This document shows, in pieces, positions 38,238 to 49,680 of a DNA stretch of 64,000 nucleotides. The notes under the pieces are model-generated. The model had not been told where the DNA came from, searched no databases, and was given only the letters and a program-made list of their open reading frames with translations. Source of the DNA: Azolla caroliniana (Eukaryota; Plantae; Polypodiophyta). Every line of letters starts with the position of its first letter. The first letter of the stretch is position 1. The stretch lies in assembly GCA_043228905.1 (NCBI GenBank), contig JBHGNT010000014.1, positions 5,084,001 to 5,148,000 on the forward strand, written 5' to 3'. A program made the position numbers and the translations under genes.

Positions 38238-38600
38238 TGTCATGATATAGATTGCTATGGCATTGAAAGGATTTGAACCCATGACCTAGTGTCACATGGG
38301 TTGAAGCCCTACCATTAAGCAATACATTGTAACACAAAGAATATTGTTTTCATTTATTATTTCACTATAGAAAATTGATGTATATTCTAGATTTCTCTGG
38401 AACATTCTAGAAACTTCAGGAATATTCCTGACAACACTATAAAAAGAGGCACAAGGCATTATTTCGAACCAATTCAGTTCAATGCCAGTCTTAAGCCTCC
38501 TAGATATTCTTGTACTTACTCTTCATATAATATATCACCTATTATCATCATTCTCTCTCTCTCTCTCACCCTCTCTCTCTACACCCTCCTCCTCCTTGAG
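38238..38600 (+). repeat. Diverged LTR related to 38979-39397
   Basis: Starts TGTCATGATAT and shares the TTCTCTGGAACATTCTAGAA and TATA…GAGGCACAAG blocks and the CT tract. Confidence 0.75.
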
Positions 38601-38850
38601 ACGGGATCGCTTCCCATTGAGATCATGGTCATGGAAAGGGTTGTTGAATAAATGCTTAAGGTTCAAAAAAGTCCCTCACATCGACTTCCTAGAATTGCAT
38701 GGGAAGCAAGCAAAAAGATTCAAAAGACACATAAAAGCTAAATTTTGTGTTCTAATTGGATGCAAGATATAGAAAAATAGTTTGGTAGATGGGATGCGAG
38801 ACACTTGCTTTATGATGCATCATTAGATTCCTCTCTAAATGAGGTCTTTT
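38600..38850 (+). mobile_element. LINE ORF2 post-RT fragment
   Basis: Translates TGSLPIEIM…HRLPRIAWEAS…WMQDIEK, resembling the region between RT and CCHC of RTEX-like LINEs. Confidence 0.5.
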
Positions 38851-39274
38851 TGCTATCACAACCAAGAGAGAAGATAGAGTGACAGAAGAAAGGTATAAAG
38901 AGATCACAAGAAGAGAGGAATGAAATTATAAGAGAAGAATGAATGCATTAAAGTAGAATGAGTATGGATACAACATAGTGTCATGATATGGCAAGACTCA
39001 AACCCATGATCTTATGTTACATAGGTCGAGCTCTTGACCATTACACTATCTATTGTAATACGTAGGATATTATTTTTATTTAAGTTTTACTATAGAAAAT
39101 TAATGTATATTCCAGATTTCTCTGGAACATTCTAGAAGCTTCAGGACTACTCATGAGAACACTATATAAGGAGGCACAAGCCATTATTTCGAACCAAATC
39201 AGTTCAACGTCAATCTTAAGCCTCCTAGCCTTCCTTGTATATTCTTCTCACATAATATATCGTTGTCATCATCA

Positions 39275-39336
<62 letters not shown>

Positions 39337-41587
39337 TTCTACACCCTCTATTCCTCTTAGTACTAATTTCTTCTTTGTCTCAGTACTATTCTTGACAGTT
39401 TGAACCAATTACCCCTCCTTCCGTCTCCTCCTTTCCTCCTCTTCCTTTTATCTTCTTACATATCCCCTTTTTTCCGGTCTTCTCTCCAGTTTCCCTCATC
39501 TTCTTACCCCTTTTTTCCCTTTATACTAATCCTCTTATCCTCCCTAGTAAAATGGAAACTGTTACCGGTCAGGAATACCAATCTGTTTTCTTAGAGCTCC
39601 GGTGCTTAAAAGAGAATTTGTAGCACTAGAACAAGAAAATCATTGTTTGTTAGGGGATCTTCAACAAATAGCGCTAGAAAAACAACAACATGGGGAGCTA
39701 ACGTTACGTGTACAACAACTTGAAGGGACTATTGTATCACTACAACAACAAGGATCAAGCACTCAAGGGATTAACAAAGAACCCAAGATCGGTCTTCCTG
39801 CAAAATCACAGTTTAGAGGTTTTCTGAATCAGGTACGTTTAGTGATTCAAATGCATCCTTCTCGATATCCCACCGATGCATCACGAGTGGAACTAGTAGC
39901 CACTCTACTTAGTGGCTCAACATTGGCATGATTCGTTCCGTTGTTAGAAACGGAATCTCCATCACTAAACAATTTTGAAGAATTTATAAGTGAGTTTAAT
40001 GCTGTTTTGGAGATACTGATAGCATAAGGACAACAATTAACAAAATCCGACGATTATGCCAAGGTGATCATCCAACCTCCGCATACGCTATAGATTTCCG
40101 CCTACTCGCCACCGATATCCCTTGGGATGATCAAGCATTGATGGAGCAATTTCGTTATGGTTTACACAACGATGTCCAAGATTTACTCTTGACCTTCCCC
40201 AAAGAACCAAAGTCATTACCAGAAGCAATCAGTCGTGCGGTGAGATGCGACAACCACCTTTTTGAACGACGGTCGGAACGACAATTCCAGATGCCGAGGG
40301 CAAGATAGTGGTAGTGAAACCTTTTCCGAGGGAGTCATCTAATGCGTCTCCACTGAATACTCCGACTCCGATGGATATTGACACTACACGTCATCGCGGA
40401 CCATTATCGGAAGAACAAAAGCAACAACATCGAGCAAATCGACTATGTCTTTATTGTAGTGGACCAGGGCATATTGCAGTAAATTTTCCCCATAGGCGAA
40501 GATGATAGGTAAAGCAAATAGTTCCTAGTTCTAATTGCAGTAAACCCGAGTTTATTTCAGTAGGAATATCTGGTAGTCCTAATAGTACTAATAGCCCAAA
40601 TCTAGCGAACAAATTTGATGTCCTTAGTCAGTTAGAAGAAGAGTTAAATGACTAAGTCCAGCCAAAATAGGAGTCATTTGGTTGGACAGCCCTAGATCTG
40701 TGCAACCCATTAGTGGTTCCATTCCCTCTAAGCAAGTTAGCAATGTGTTTGTCGCCCAAGTAACAGTTAGTACTAAAAGCACCCCTCCAGTACATGTCTT
40801 AGCACTTCTACATTCCAAAGCTAATTCTTTCTTCATGGATAGGAATTTTGCCCAAGCTCATCAGATATCTCTCAGAAAACTCCCATGTCAAGCCTCTATA
40901 GTAGTCATTGATGGTCGTCCCATTGCTTCCGGAAATATCATAGAAGAGTAAGAGCCCGTTAATATTGTCCTAGATAATCTAGCGTGTGTAGTATTATTTA
41001 ATATAATTAGTATCCCAGAACATCCCATTGTTTTAGGATTACCATGGTTCGAATTACATAACCCAGACATAGATTGGAGAACAAGAGACCGGTATCGACA
41101 AGCCGGAGGATCTACTCATAAGATTGCAACCATTTCGCTACATCAGTTGCGGGAAGAAGGACGGAAGGAAGAAATGTTTCTCTTTGCTATATCAGTAAAA
41201 CCCTCCGACACCACTAAAGAGGAGTCCACCGTTCAACTTCCAAAGAAGTATCATCATTATGCCGATGTGTTCGATAAAATACAAGACAATACGTTTCCTT
41301 ACCATCGACCGTATGATTTGACAGGAACTGCACGTTCCCTATACGCAACGCTCGGCCACAACCGAGCTTAGAATCATACATAGAAAAATGGGAGATAAAT
41401 GCACGACACAGTGAAGAGAAGAGTACACAGGATGTTTACGTGGAAAACCCAAACTAGGGAAAAACCACGGCAGCCCACAGGCTGCAAACTATCACTATGT
41501 TAGAATGTACAACAGTGAGTTCACGAAGGCAACGACCTCGTGCTCACAATCTTCGCCACAGGCAGCGGTTTCAACAGAGGCAACGAC

Positions 41588-41634
<47 letters not shown>

Positions 41635-44600
41635 CACGGTTACACACTCTCTCTCTTCTTGCACCAACAAGAATAACAACCACACTAAAAGTTTGCCCTA
41701 AGTCATATTTATACTAATATGACTTTTCGGCTATTTACAAATATAGCCATGATGGACTCTCAGAAACATATTTACGAATATGTCCCTTCATCCGGTGAGC
41801 ACTCCTCACTGGGTCTGCACCATCCGGCTCTCCGTAGCCGGGTACTCCTCATCCAGTTTGTTCATCAGCACTGTTCTTCTCCCTTCCCATCCGGAGGGAC
41901 CTGTCTCCCAACAAACTCCCCCTTCACTTCGGCATGGGGTGTCTTACTAGTCTAATCCTCTTCCGGCATGCATCCAGCTTGTCGGGTATTAGCACTTTGG
42001 TCAGCATATCTGACCCGTTCTCGGCCGTGTGGATCTTCGTCAGTGCGAACTCCTGGTCATCTACTCTTTCCCGGATCCAGTGATATCTTCGCTGGATATG
42101 CTTCGTCCGGGAATGGGAGGCTGAATTCTTAGCAAGATGGATGGCACTTTGATTGTCGCAATAGAGTCGGTATTCATCTTTCCGGATACCGAGCTCTCCG
42201 ATGAAGTCCTTCATCCATAATATTTCCTTGCCGGCTTGCACAGCCGCCATGTACTCCGCCTCCATGGTTGACAATGCAACCGTCTTCTGCAACCTCAACT
42301 GCCACGAGACAGCTCCCCCTGCATATGTCATTACATACCCGGATGTAGACCGGCTGGTATCCACATCAGCCGACATGTCCGAATCGGTGAAACCGTCAAG
42401 TTGAGGTTTTCCGGAGCCGAATCGGAGACACATATTTGAAGTGCCCTTCAAATACCGGAGTATCCATTTGACCGTGTTCCAGTGCTCCTTGCCGGGATTG
42501 CTCATAAACCGGCTCACCACTCCGATTGCGTATCCTATATCCGGTCGGGTACACACCATTGCGTACATCAAGCTCCCGACGGCAGAGGCATATGGAATCT
42601 TCATCATATCCGCCTTCTCTGCTTTCGTCTTCGGGCTTTTCTTACCGGATAGCCTGCAGTTTGCCGGAAGTGTCGATCCGACCGGTTTCGCATCTAACAT
42701 GTTGAACCGGTGAAGCACCTTTGTCACGTACTTCTCCTGTGACAGCCATAATTGCTTCAATGACCGGTTCCGGATAATATGCATCCCCAGCATCTATCTT
42801 GCCGGACCTAAGTCTTTCATTGAGAAGGTCCGGTTGAGGGCCTTCTTCAGCATCCATATTTTGACTTGGTCCCGTCCGACGATCAACATGTCATCCACGT
42901 ACAGAAGGAGTATCAGGAAGTCGCCTCCTTCAAACTTCTTCACAAACACGCAGGGATCGGCCTGCGTCTTGTGGTACCCTTGATCGTCCATGAAGGAGTC
43001 GAACTTCTGATACCATTGACAGGGAGCCTGCTTCAGCCCGTAGAGGCTCTTCTTCAACCGGCAAACCAGGTGCTCCTTCCCTTTCTCCACAAATCCCTCC
43101 GGTTGCTGCATGTAGATCTCCTCTTCGAGGTCGCCGTGAAGGAATGTCATCTTCACGTCCAGTTGTTCTACCTCGGGGTCCATGCTTGCCGCCATACTCA
43201 GCACCGTCTGGATGGAGGTCATCTTTACTACCGGGGCAAATATCTCGTCGAAGTCCAGGCCCTTCTTCTGCTGGAACCCCTTCACCACGATCCTGACTTT
43301 GTATCTTGGGGGGTTGCCGGCATCTCCCGGTTTCAGCTTGTACACCCACTTGTTTCGGAGTGCCCGCTTTCCTTTCAGCAACTCCACCAATTCGTACGTA
43401 TGGTTCTCATGCAGGGAATCCATCTCATCCTGCATGGCACTTAACCATTTGCCGCTGTGGGTGTCATCCTTCGCTTCTTTGAAGCTTTCCGGCTCCCCCT
43501 CATCGGTCAGCAGAACATGCTCGGCATCCGGAAATCTCCGGGGCGCCCTTCTCTCTCTGAGAGGATATCTCTGTCTTCGGGCTTCGGTAACCAACTCCTC
43601 CATTTTCTCTTCATCTAAATCTGATTCAAGGTCTTGGCCGGTTCTGGTTTCAACTTCCTCTACTTCTTCTTCAGCATGTTCGGTATCCTCACCGTAACCG
43701 GTTGGTCCCTCGAGTGCTAACCGGTCTCTTGCCGGTTGGATCTGCTCATCGTAGAGTCGATCCTTACCAGTCAACTCGGAGTTCATTATCTTCTTCTCCG
43801 ACTCCCAGTCGGCAAGCGTCTTGTCCTCCATGAAGCTAATATCTCGACTCTGGAATACCTTCTTGTCGCTCAGGTCCCACACTCGGTAGCCGAACTCATC
43901 GTCACCGTAACCGAGGAATATGCATGGCCAGGTCTTTGGATCTAACTTTCCTCTCCGGTGCTTAGCTACATGCACGTACGCGAGACACCCGAATACCTTC
44001 AGATGCCGGTAGGGTACTGAGGGTGATCTATTTATCACATATATCGCCGTTGACAATGCCTCAGCCCAAAACTTCTTGGGTAGTTTTGCATGCGCTAGCA
44101 TGCTCCAGACCCTCTCCATTATGGTCCGGTTCATCCTCTTGGCCAGTCCGTTTAGTTCCGGCGTCTTCGGCACAGTAAATTCGAGTCGGATTCCCTTCGA
44201 GCCGCAGTACTCCTTGAACTGCCCCCGGTATTCTCCTCCCTTATCTGCTCGAACCGTCTTCAGCTTCCGGCCGGTTTCTCTTTCCACTCTCGCGTGGAGC
44301 TCTTTGAAGACGGATAGCACCTGATCCTTCATCTTCAACGGTGTGGCCCACAGCTTCCGGTTGTGGTCATCTATGAACATGACGAAGTACTACGCTCCGG
44401 CATGTGACTTCGTGTCTACTTGACACACATCCGTATGCACCAACTCCAGTGGTGCATTACGTCTCATCGGTGGCCTTGGTCGGAAAGAGGTCCGGTTTTT
44501 CTTAACAGCCAGACAATCAGTGCACTTCTCCAAGTGCACGTTCTTCACTGGAATGAGGTTGTTGTCTGCAAGCCTCTTCATCCCATTCTCGCTCATATGT

Positions 44601-45328
44601 TACAGCCTCTTGTGCCACAGCTCACCGGCAGTGTCGGATGCCACGTTCACTTCTTCCGGACATAACCGGGAATTCATCAGGTACAGTGTGTTGACCTTCC
44701 GGGCCCGAGCCACAATCAGGCTCCCTTTGCCGAACTTCATGACACCATTCCGGATGCTACTCGTGTAGCCTTCATCATCTAGCCGACCGGCTGATATCAG
44801 GTTCAGAAGAACCTCCGGAACGTGTCGGACATCCTTCAGCAGCAACTTGCATCCGGTTGGTGTTGTCAGCCACACGTCTCCTATGCCGACAATTCGGCAT
44901 GTTCCTTCATTCCCCATCCGGACACAGCCGTGATCACCGGCTGAGTAGGATGAGAAGCATTTCCAATCCAGGGTAAGATGGAACGACGCTCTGGAGTCGA
45001 CCACCCAGGTCATCTCATCGCCGGCAAGGTTTATCTCACTCTCCTTGGTGATGAGCATCAACTCTTCTTCACTTGCCGCGATTGTCGTCGTCCCCTTCCG
45101 GTCCGTTCCCCTCCAGTCTTTACCGTTCCGGTCCGGTATCCGCTTCGAATCGGTACCGTCGGTTTCCTTGTCCTTTTGGAAATGCCGACAGTTCTTCTGG
45201 AAGTGTCCCGGCTTGCCGCAATAGAAGCAAGTAGGTCTCCCCCTTGACTTTGACCGTGTCCCCGACTTTTCCCGGTTCTGGGGACTACGGTTTCTTTGTC
45301 TTCCGCGTTCCAATTCGGTAAGGAGTGT

Positions 45329-46558
45329 TGTCGTGAAGATCCGTCACTACGCGCGGATCGTGAGGCGGAACCGCCGGGGTTCTGAACCGGAAGGATTCAA
45401 AGTCGGTACAAGCTTTGGCGTAAGCTTTAGCGAGAAAGTACTTAAGATAGATTGGGAAAGAGAGAAGTTGAGATTAAACGATTGAGAGAGATTGATTGAA
45501 CTTTTAACTTTAGATTTAAGAAACAAGTTACACGATCAATTTGATAACGAATTTCTTCTTAAAAAAAACCGTGTGTTTTCTCCTCCCCCTTCCTTCTTTT
45601 ATAGATGCTCTCATGCATATGATGCATGTGAGGGTACAAGACATGCATAAATTGCATGTTTGCCATTTGGCGCTTATGTATTACATGTGGTGCATGATAA
45701 CCATGTCACTCATTTTAGCTCTCATATATGAGAATTTACATGTAAAAGTACAATGATAGAAATATAATTTCAACTAAATAGCATGGCTTAATGGTAAGCC
45801 AATTGACTACTAACTTGGAGGTGCAAGGTTCGAATGCTTACTTGCCCTCCTTGTATATGTATATATATGTATATATATTTATATATTTATTTATCGGACG
45901 CCGGTTCCTCGGATGCCGCCAAATACCGGTGCCGCCGCCAGATGCCGTCGGTTACCGGTGCCTCACCAGATGCCGTCGTCTTACCGGCGCCGGATACCGG
46001 TGCGTCGCCGGTTGCCGCCGGATGTCGTCTACTCACCGGCGCCAGATATCGGTGCCTCGCCGGATACCGGTGCCTCGCCGGATGTCGTTGTCTCACCGGC
46101 GCCGGATACCGATGCCGTCGGTTGCCGGTGCCTCGCCGGATGCTGTCGGATCACCGGCTCCATCGTCGGTCCGGTTTTGGTTGGCCAAAACCCTTTACGA
46201 GTAGCTAGCCCACCTCCACTCTTAGTTCAAGTTACCTTGAACTCTCTATGCTCCACACATAGACACAAAGATAATATCTTTTGCTCTACCTCATATATGA
46301 TGAGAGCCGTATTTGTCGTGCCTACGTGGGATATCTCACAATTTTCTCTTTTCCTTTCACAAACTTTATACCCTCATATCTTGACATTTAGTTGTCCGTT
46401 TCTCGTGTAATAAAGTGCATTCGAAACCTCCATCATTTTGTACTTAGATATTAAATTTATTTAAAACGTTATCTTCACAATCATTGTATTATGTGATTCA
46501 TACTCGATTTCGTACGTTTTATGGGATTTTCACACTATTGCCGAAAATCTTCACGACA
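45329..46558 (-). repeat. Solo LTR (gypsy-like) inserted in copia A' gag
   Basis: 12-bp inverted termini TGTCGTGAAGAT…ATCTTCACGACA; flanks GTGT/GCGC consistent with a mutated 4-bp TSD; host gag resumes across it; internal GC-rich ~18-bp repeat array 45895-46175. Confidence 0.82.
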
Positions 46559-47450
46559 GCGCTTTGGAGTCGGAGCTCGTATCTTTATCTTTTCGACGCG
46601 CCTCCTCATCTAGCAAGCTCGACTTTACTCTTGCTAGGGATAACCGCTTTCCTTCCGGCCCGGCGTTGCCCAAAGTGACAACCAATGTCTACCAGCTATC
46701 CGGGAGGGAACCGAGCAGGAGTAGCGCTAGTACCTCGTCGGTGAGAGGTACTTCCAATGATGTTGCCTGGTGTATCAACCCCTGGAAGGCATTCATGTGC
46801 TCCGCCATGTTGGAGCCATGTACCGGAGTCTTACTAGCTTCCGGAATACCGAAACTTGATTAACAGCATTTTTGTTTTGAAACTTTATGCCGATCTTCTC
46901 CCAGAGCTCATGAGCCTTGCTCTCTTCATTGAAGTTGTTGTACAGGCTCATGTCGATGAAGCACTGTATGTACGCCGTTGTCTTCATGTGCATCACCTCC
47001 CATATCGTGGCGTCGATTTTGTCCGGTCTCTTGTCCCCGAACTGAACCGGCAGCCAGAGGTCTTTAACCACGAGCATGTCCCTCATCTTCGACTTCCACA
47101 CCGAATAGTTGGAGCCGGTGAGCTTGAACAGGCCTCCCAACGAATCGTCCATTTTCTATGTCGTTTCGCTCTGATACCACTTGACAGGAACTGCACGCTC
47201 CCTATACGCAACGCTCGGCCAAAACCGAGCTTAGAATCATACATAGAAAAATGGGAGATAAATGCACGACACAGTGAAGAGAAGAGTACACAGGATGTTT
47301 ACGTGGAAAACCCAAATTAGGGAAAAACCACGGCATCCCACAGGCTGCAAACTATCACTATGTTAGAATGTACAACAGTGAGTTCACGGAGGCAACGACC
47401 TCGTGCTCACGATCTTCGCCACAGGCGGAGGTTTCAACAGAGGCAACGAC

Positions 47451-47489
<39 letters not shown>

Positions 47490-47656
47490 CACGGTTACAC
47501 ACTCTCTCTCTTCTTGCACCAACAAGAATAACAACCACACTAAAAGTTTTCCCTAAGTCATATTTATACTAATATGACTTTTCGGCTATTTACAAATATA
47601 GCCATGATGGACTCTCAGAAACATATTTACGAATATGTCCCTTCATCCGGTGAGCA

Positions 47657-47985
47657 CTCCTCACTGGGTCTGCACCATCCAGCTCTCCGTAGCCGGGTAC
47701 TCCTCATCCGGTTCTCACCGGGTCTGCACCATCCGGCTCTCCGTAGCCGGGTACTCCTCATCCGGTTCTCACCGGGTCTGCACCATCCGGCTCTCCGTAG
47801 CCGGATACTCCTCATCCGGTTCTCACCGGGTCTGCACCATCCGGCTCTCCGTAGCCGAGTACTCCTTATCCGGTTCTCACCGGGTTTGCACCATCCGGCT
47901 CTCCGTAGTCGGGTGCTCCTCATCCGGTTCTCACCGGGTCTGCACCATCCGGCTCTCTGTAGCCGGGTACTCCTCATCCGGTTTG
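47657..47985. repeat. 54-bp tandem array (6 units) in U3 of the copia A' 5' LTR
   Basis: Unit CCGGGTCTGCACCATCCGGCTCTCCGTAGCCGGGTACTCCTCATCCGGTTCTCA; only one unit in the sister LTR. Confidence 0.93.
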
Positions 47986-49680
47986 TTCATCAGCACTGTT
48001 CTTCTCCCTTCCCATCCGGAGGGACCTGTCTCCCAACATGATTGCCCCATCAATTTACAACTGGGAAAAGAGCCACCATGGGGACCAATCTACAATTTGT
48101 CACCAACCGAGCTAGAAGTCCTTTGAGCCTATATAGAGGAGAATTTGGAAAATGGTTTCATTTGGCATTCGAAATATCCAACCGGCGCACCCATTTTCTT
48201 CATCAAGAAAAAGGATGGATCACTTCGTCTCGTTGTAGATTAATGTGGCTTGAATAAGGTCACCATCAGAAATAGGTATGCACTTCCCCTTATCTCAAGT
48301 CGTTTAGAACGGATCAATGCTGCAAGGTTCTTCACGAAGATCGACTCGCATATAACCTCGTACGGATCCGACCAAGAGATGAATGGAAGACCGTCTTTCG
48401 CACCAGATATGGGCACTTCGAGTATACGGTCATGCCGTTCGGCCTCACTAATGCGCCGACAATCTTCCAGCACATGGCAAATGATATATTTTGGGTGCAA
48501 CCAGGTGGAATTTCTGGGCTATGTCCTCTCCTCGGAAGGCATCTCCATGCATCCAGCTAAGGTCAAAACGGTGGTAGAGTGGCAAACTTTGCGTTCCTTG
48601 CGAGATGTGCAATGCTTTTTAGGCTTTGCCAATTTCTACCGCAAGTTTATATAGGATTACTCAAAGCTTGTTGTGCCTCTCACACAACATACTAAGAAGG
48701 GACAATCGTTCGTTTGGTCTGAAGAAGTGGACATGACTTTTGAGACTCTTAAGAAGGCATTTACATATGGTCCTATTCTAGCTCACGTTGATCCAGAAAA
48801 ACCATTCATCATGGAAGCGGACGCATCGGATTTCGCATTGGGTAGCATTCTGTCACAACAAGGTAATGATGAAAAGCTACATCATGTGGCTTTCCACTCA
48901 CACAAGTTTGACGCCGCCGAAATCAACTATCAAATTCATGATAAGGAGCTATTAGTAATAGTGGACTCTTTTACGAAATGGAGGCATTTTCTAGAGGGAT
49001 CCTCTCATCAAGTCATTGTATTCAGTGATCACAAAAACCTTGCCTACTTTTAGAGTGCTCGTGTGTTAAATCGACATCAAGCTCGGTGGGCCCAATTCCT
49101 CACGCGTTTTGACTTCAAAATTAAATATCGTCCGGGGAAGCACCAAGGGAAGGCAGATGCATTATCACGGCGTTCGTATCTAGCACCACGTCCCGACAAA
49201 CCAGCTTTCGATAACCAAAAGCAAGTAATCTTGGGACCGGCACGACTGCAAGCAACACAGGTCTTCGGCATGCCCTTGGATTCCCACGTTATCGATATCA
49301 TACGTGAGGACTTGAAGACGGATGCTTTCGCCCAAGCCATTCTAGCACAAATTGATCCCTCTCGAGCATCTTGTTCACAGTTGCAACAACCAGGTACGAA
49401 CTATCGACAATTCGAATGTCACGATGGATTACTATTCTTTAAGAAACTCTTGTATGTTCCTAATGGTTCTTGCCGCCTTCGAGTAGTCCAAAACTGTCAT
49501 GACACATATACAACTGGGCATTTTGGTAGTACTAAGACATTAGTTTTAGTACAACGATCATTCTAGTGGCCCTGTATGCGACAATTTGTCGAAGATTTTG
49601 TTCGGACTTGTGATACATGTTGCAGAGCAAAAATGCCAAAGCATCATCCATATGGTTTATTAGAACCATTACCAATTCCA

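Larger units (their letters stand above)
41319..48038 (-). mobile_element. Copia family A' element, mildly decayed
   Basis: LTRs 41319-41913 and 47182-48038; perfect TSD TGATT; PBS GCTCTGATACCA 47168-47179; pol ORF pieces 41924-45313; gag 46560-47152. Confidence 0.96.
38979..49680 (+). mobile_element. Degenerate Ty3/gypsy, Tcn1/Tf1-like chromovirus type, 3'-truncated in integrase
   Basis: LTR 38979-39397; gag EPKIGLP…FRGFLNQ…PMDID…CLYC; protease ~40800; HRPYD|CPINL split by the copia at 41319; [11 protein letters not shown]; RNase H EADASDFALG; integrase zinc finger to LEPLPIP. Chromodomain not present in the retained part. Confidence 0.9.

Noticed and set aside
45781-45845. Functional tRNA gene
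   Set aside because: A/B boxes are present but there are no convincing acceptor or anticodon stems; kept only as a tRNA-like cassette.
45791-46410. Overlapping Arg/Cys/Pro-rich ORFs
   Set aside because: Artefacts of a GC-rich ~18-bp repeat array inside an LTR.
47574-48126. ORFs with 18-aa repeats; superficially CRISPR-like periodicity
   Set aside because: Head-to-tail 54-bp tandem repeat with no unique spacers and no cas genes; it is LTR U3.
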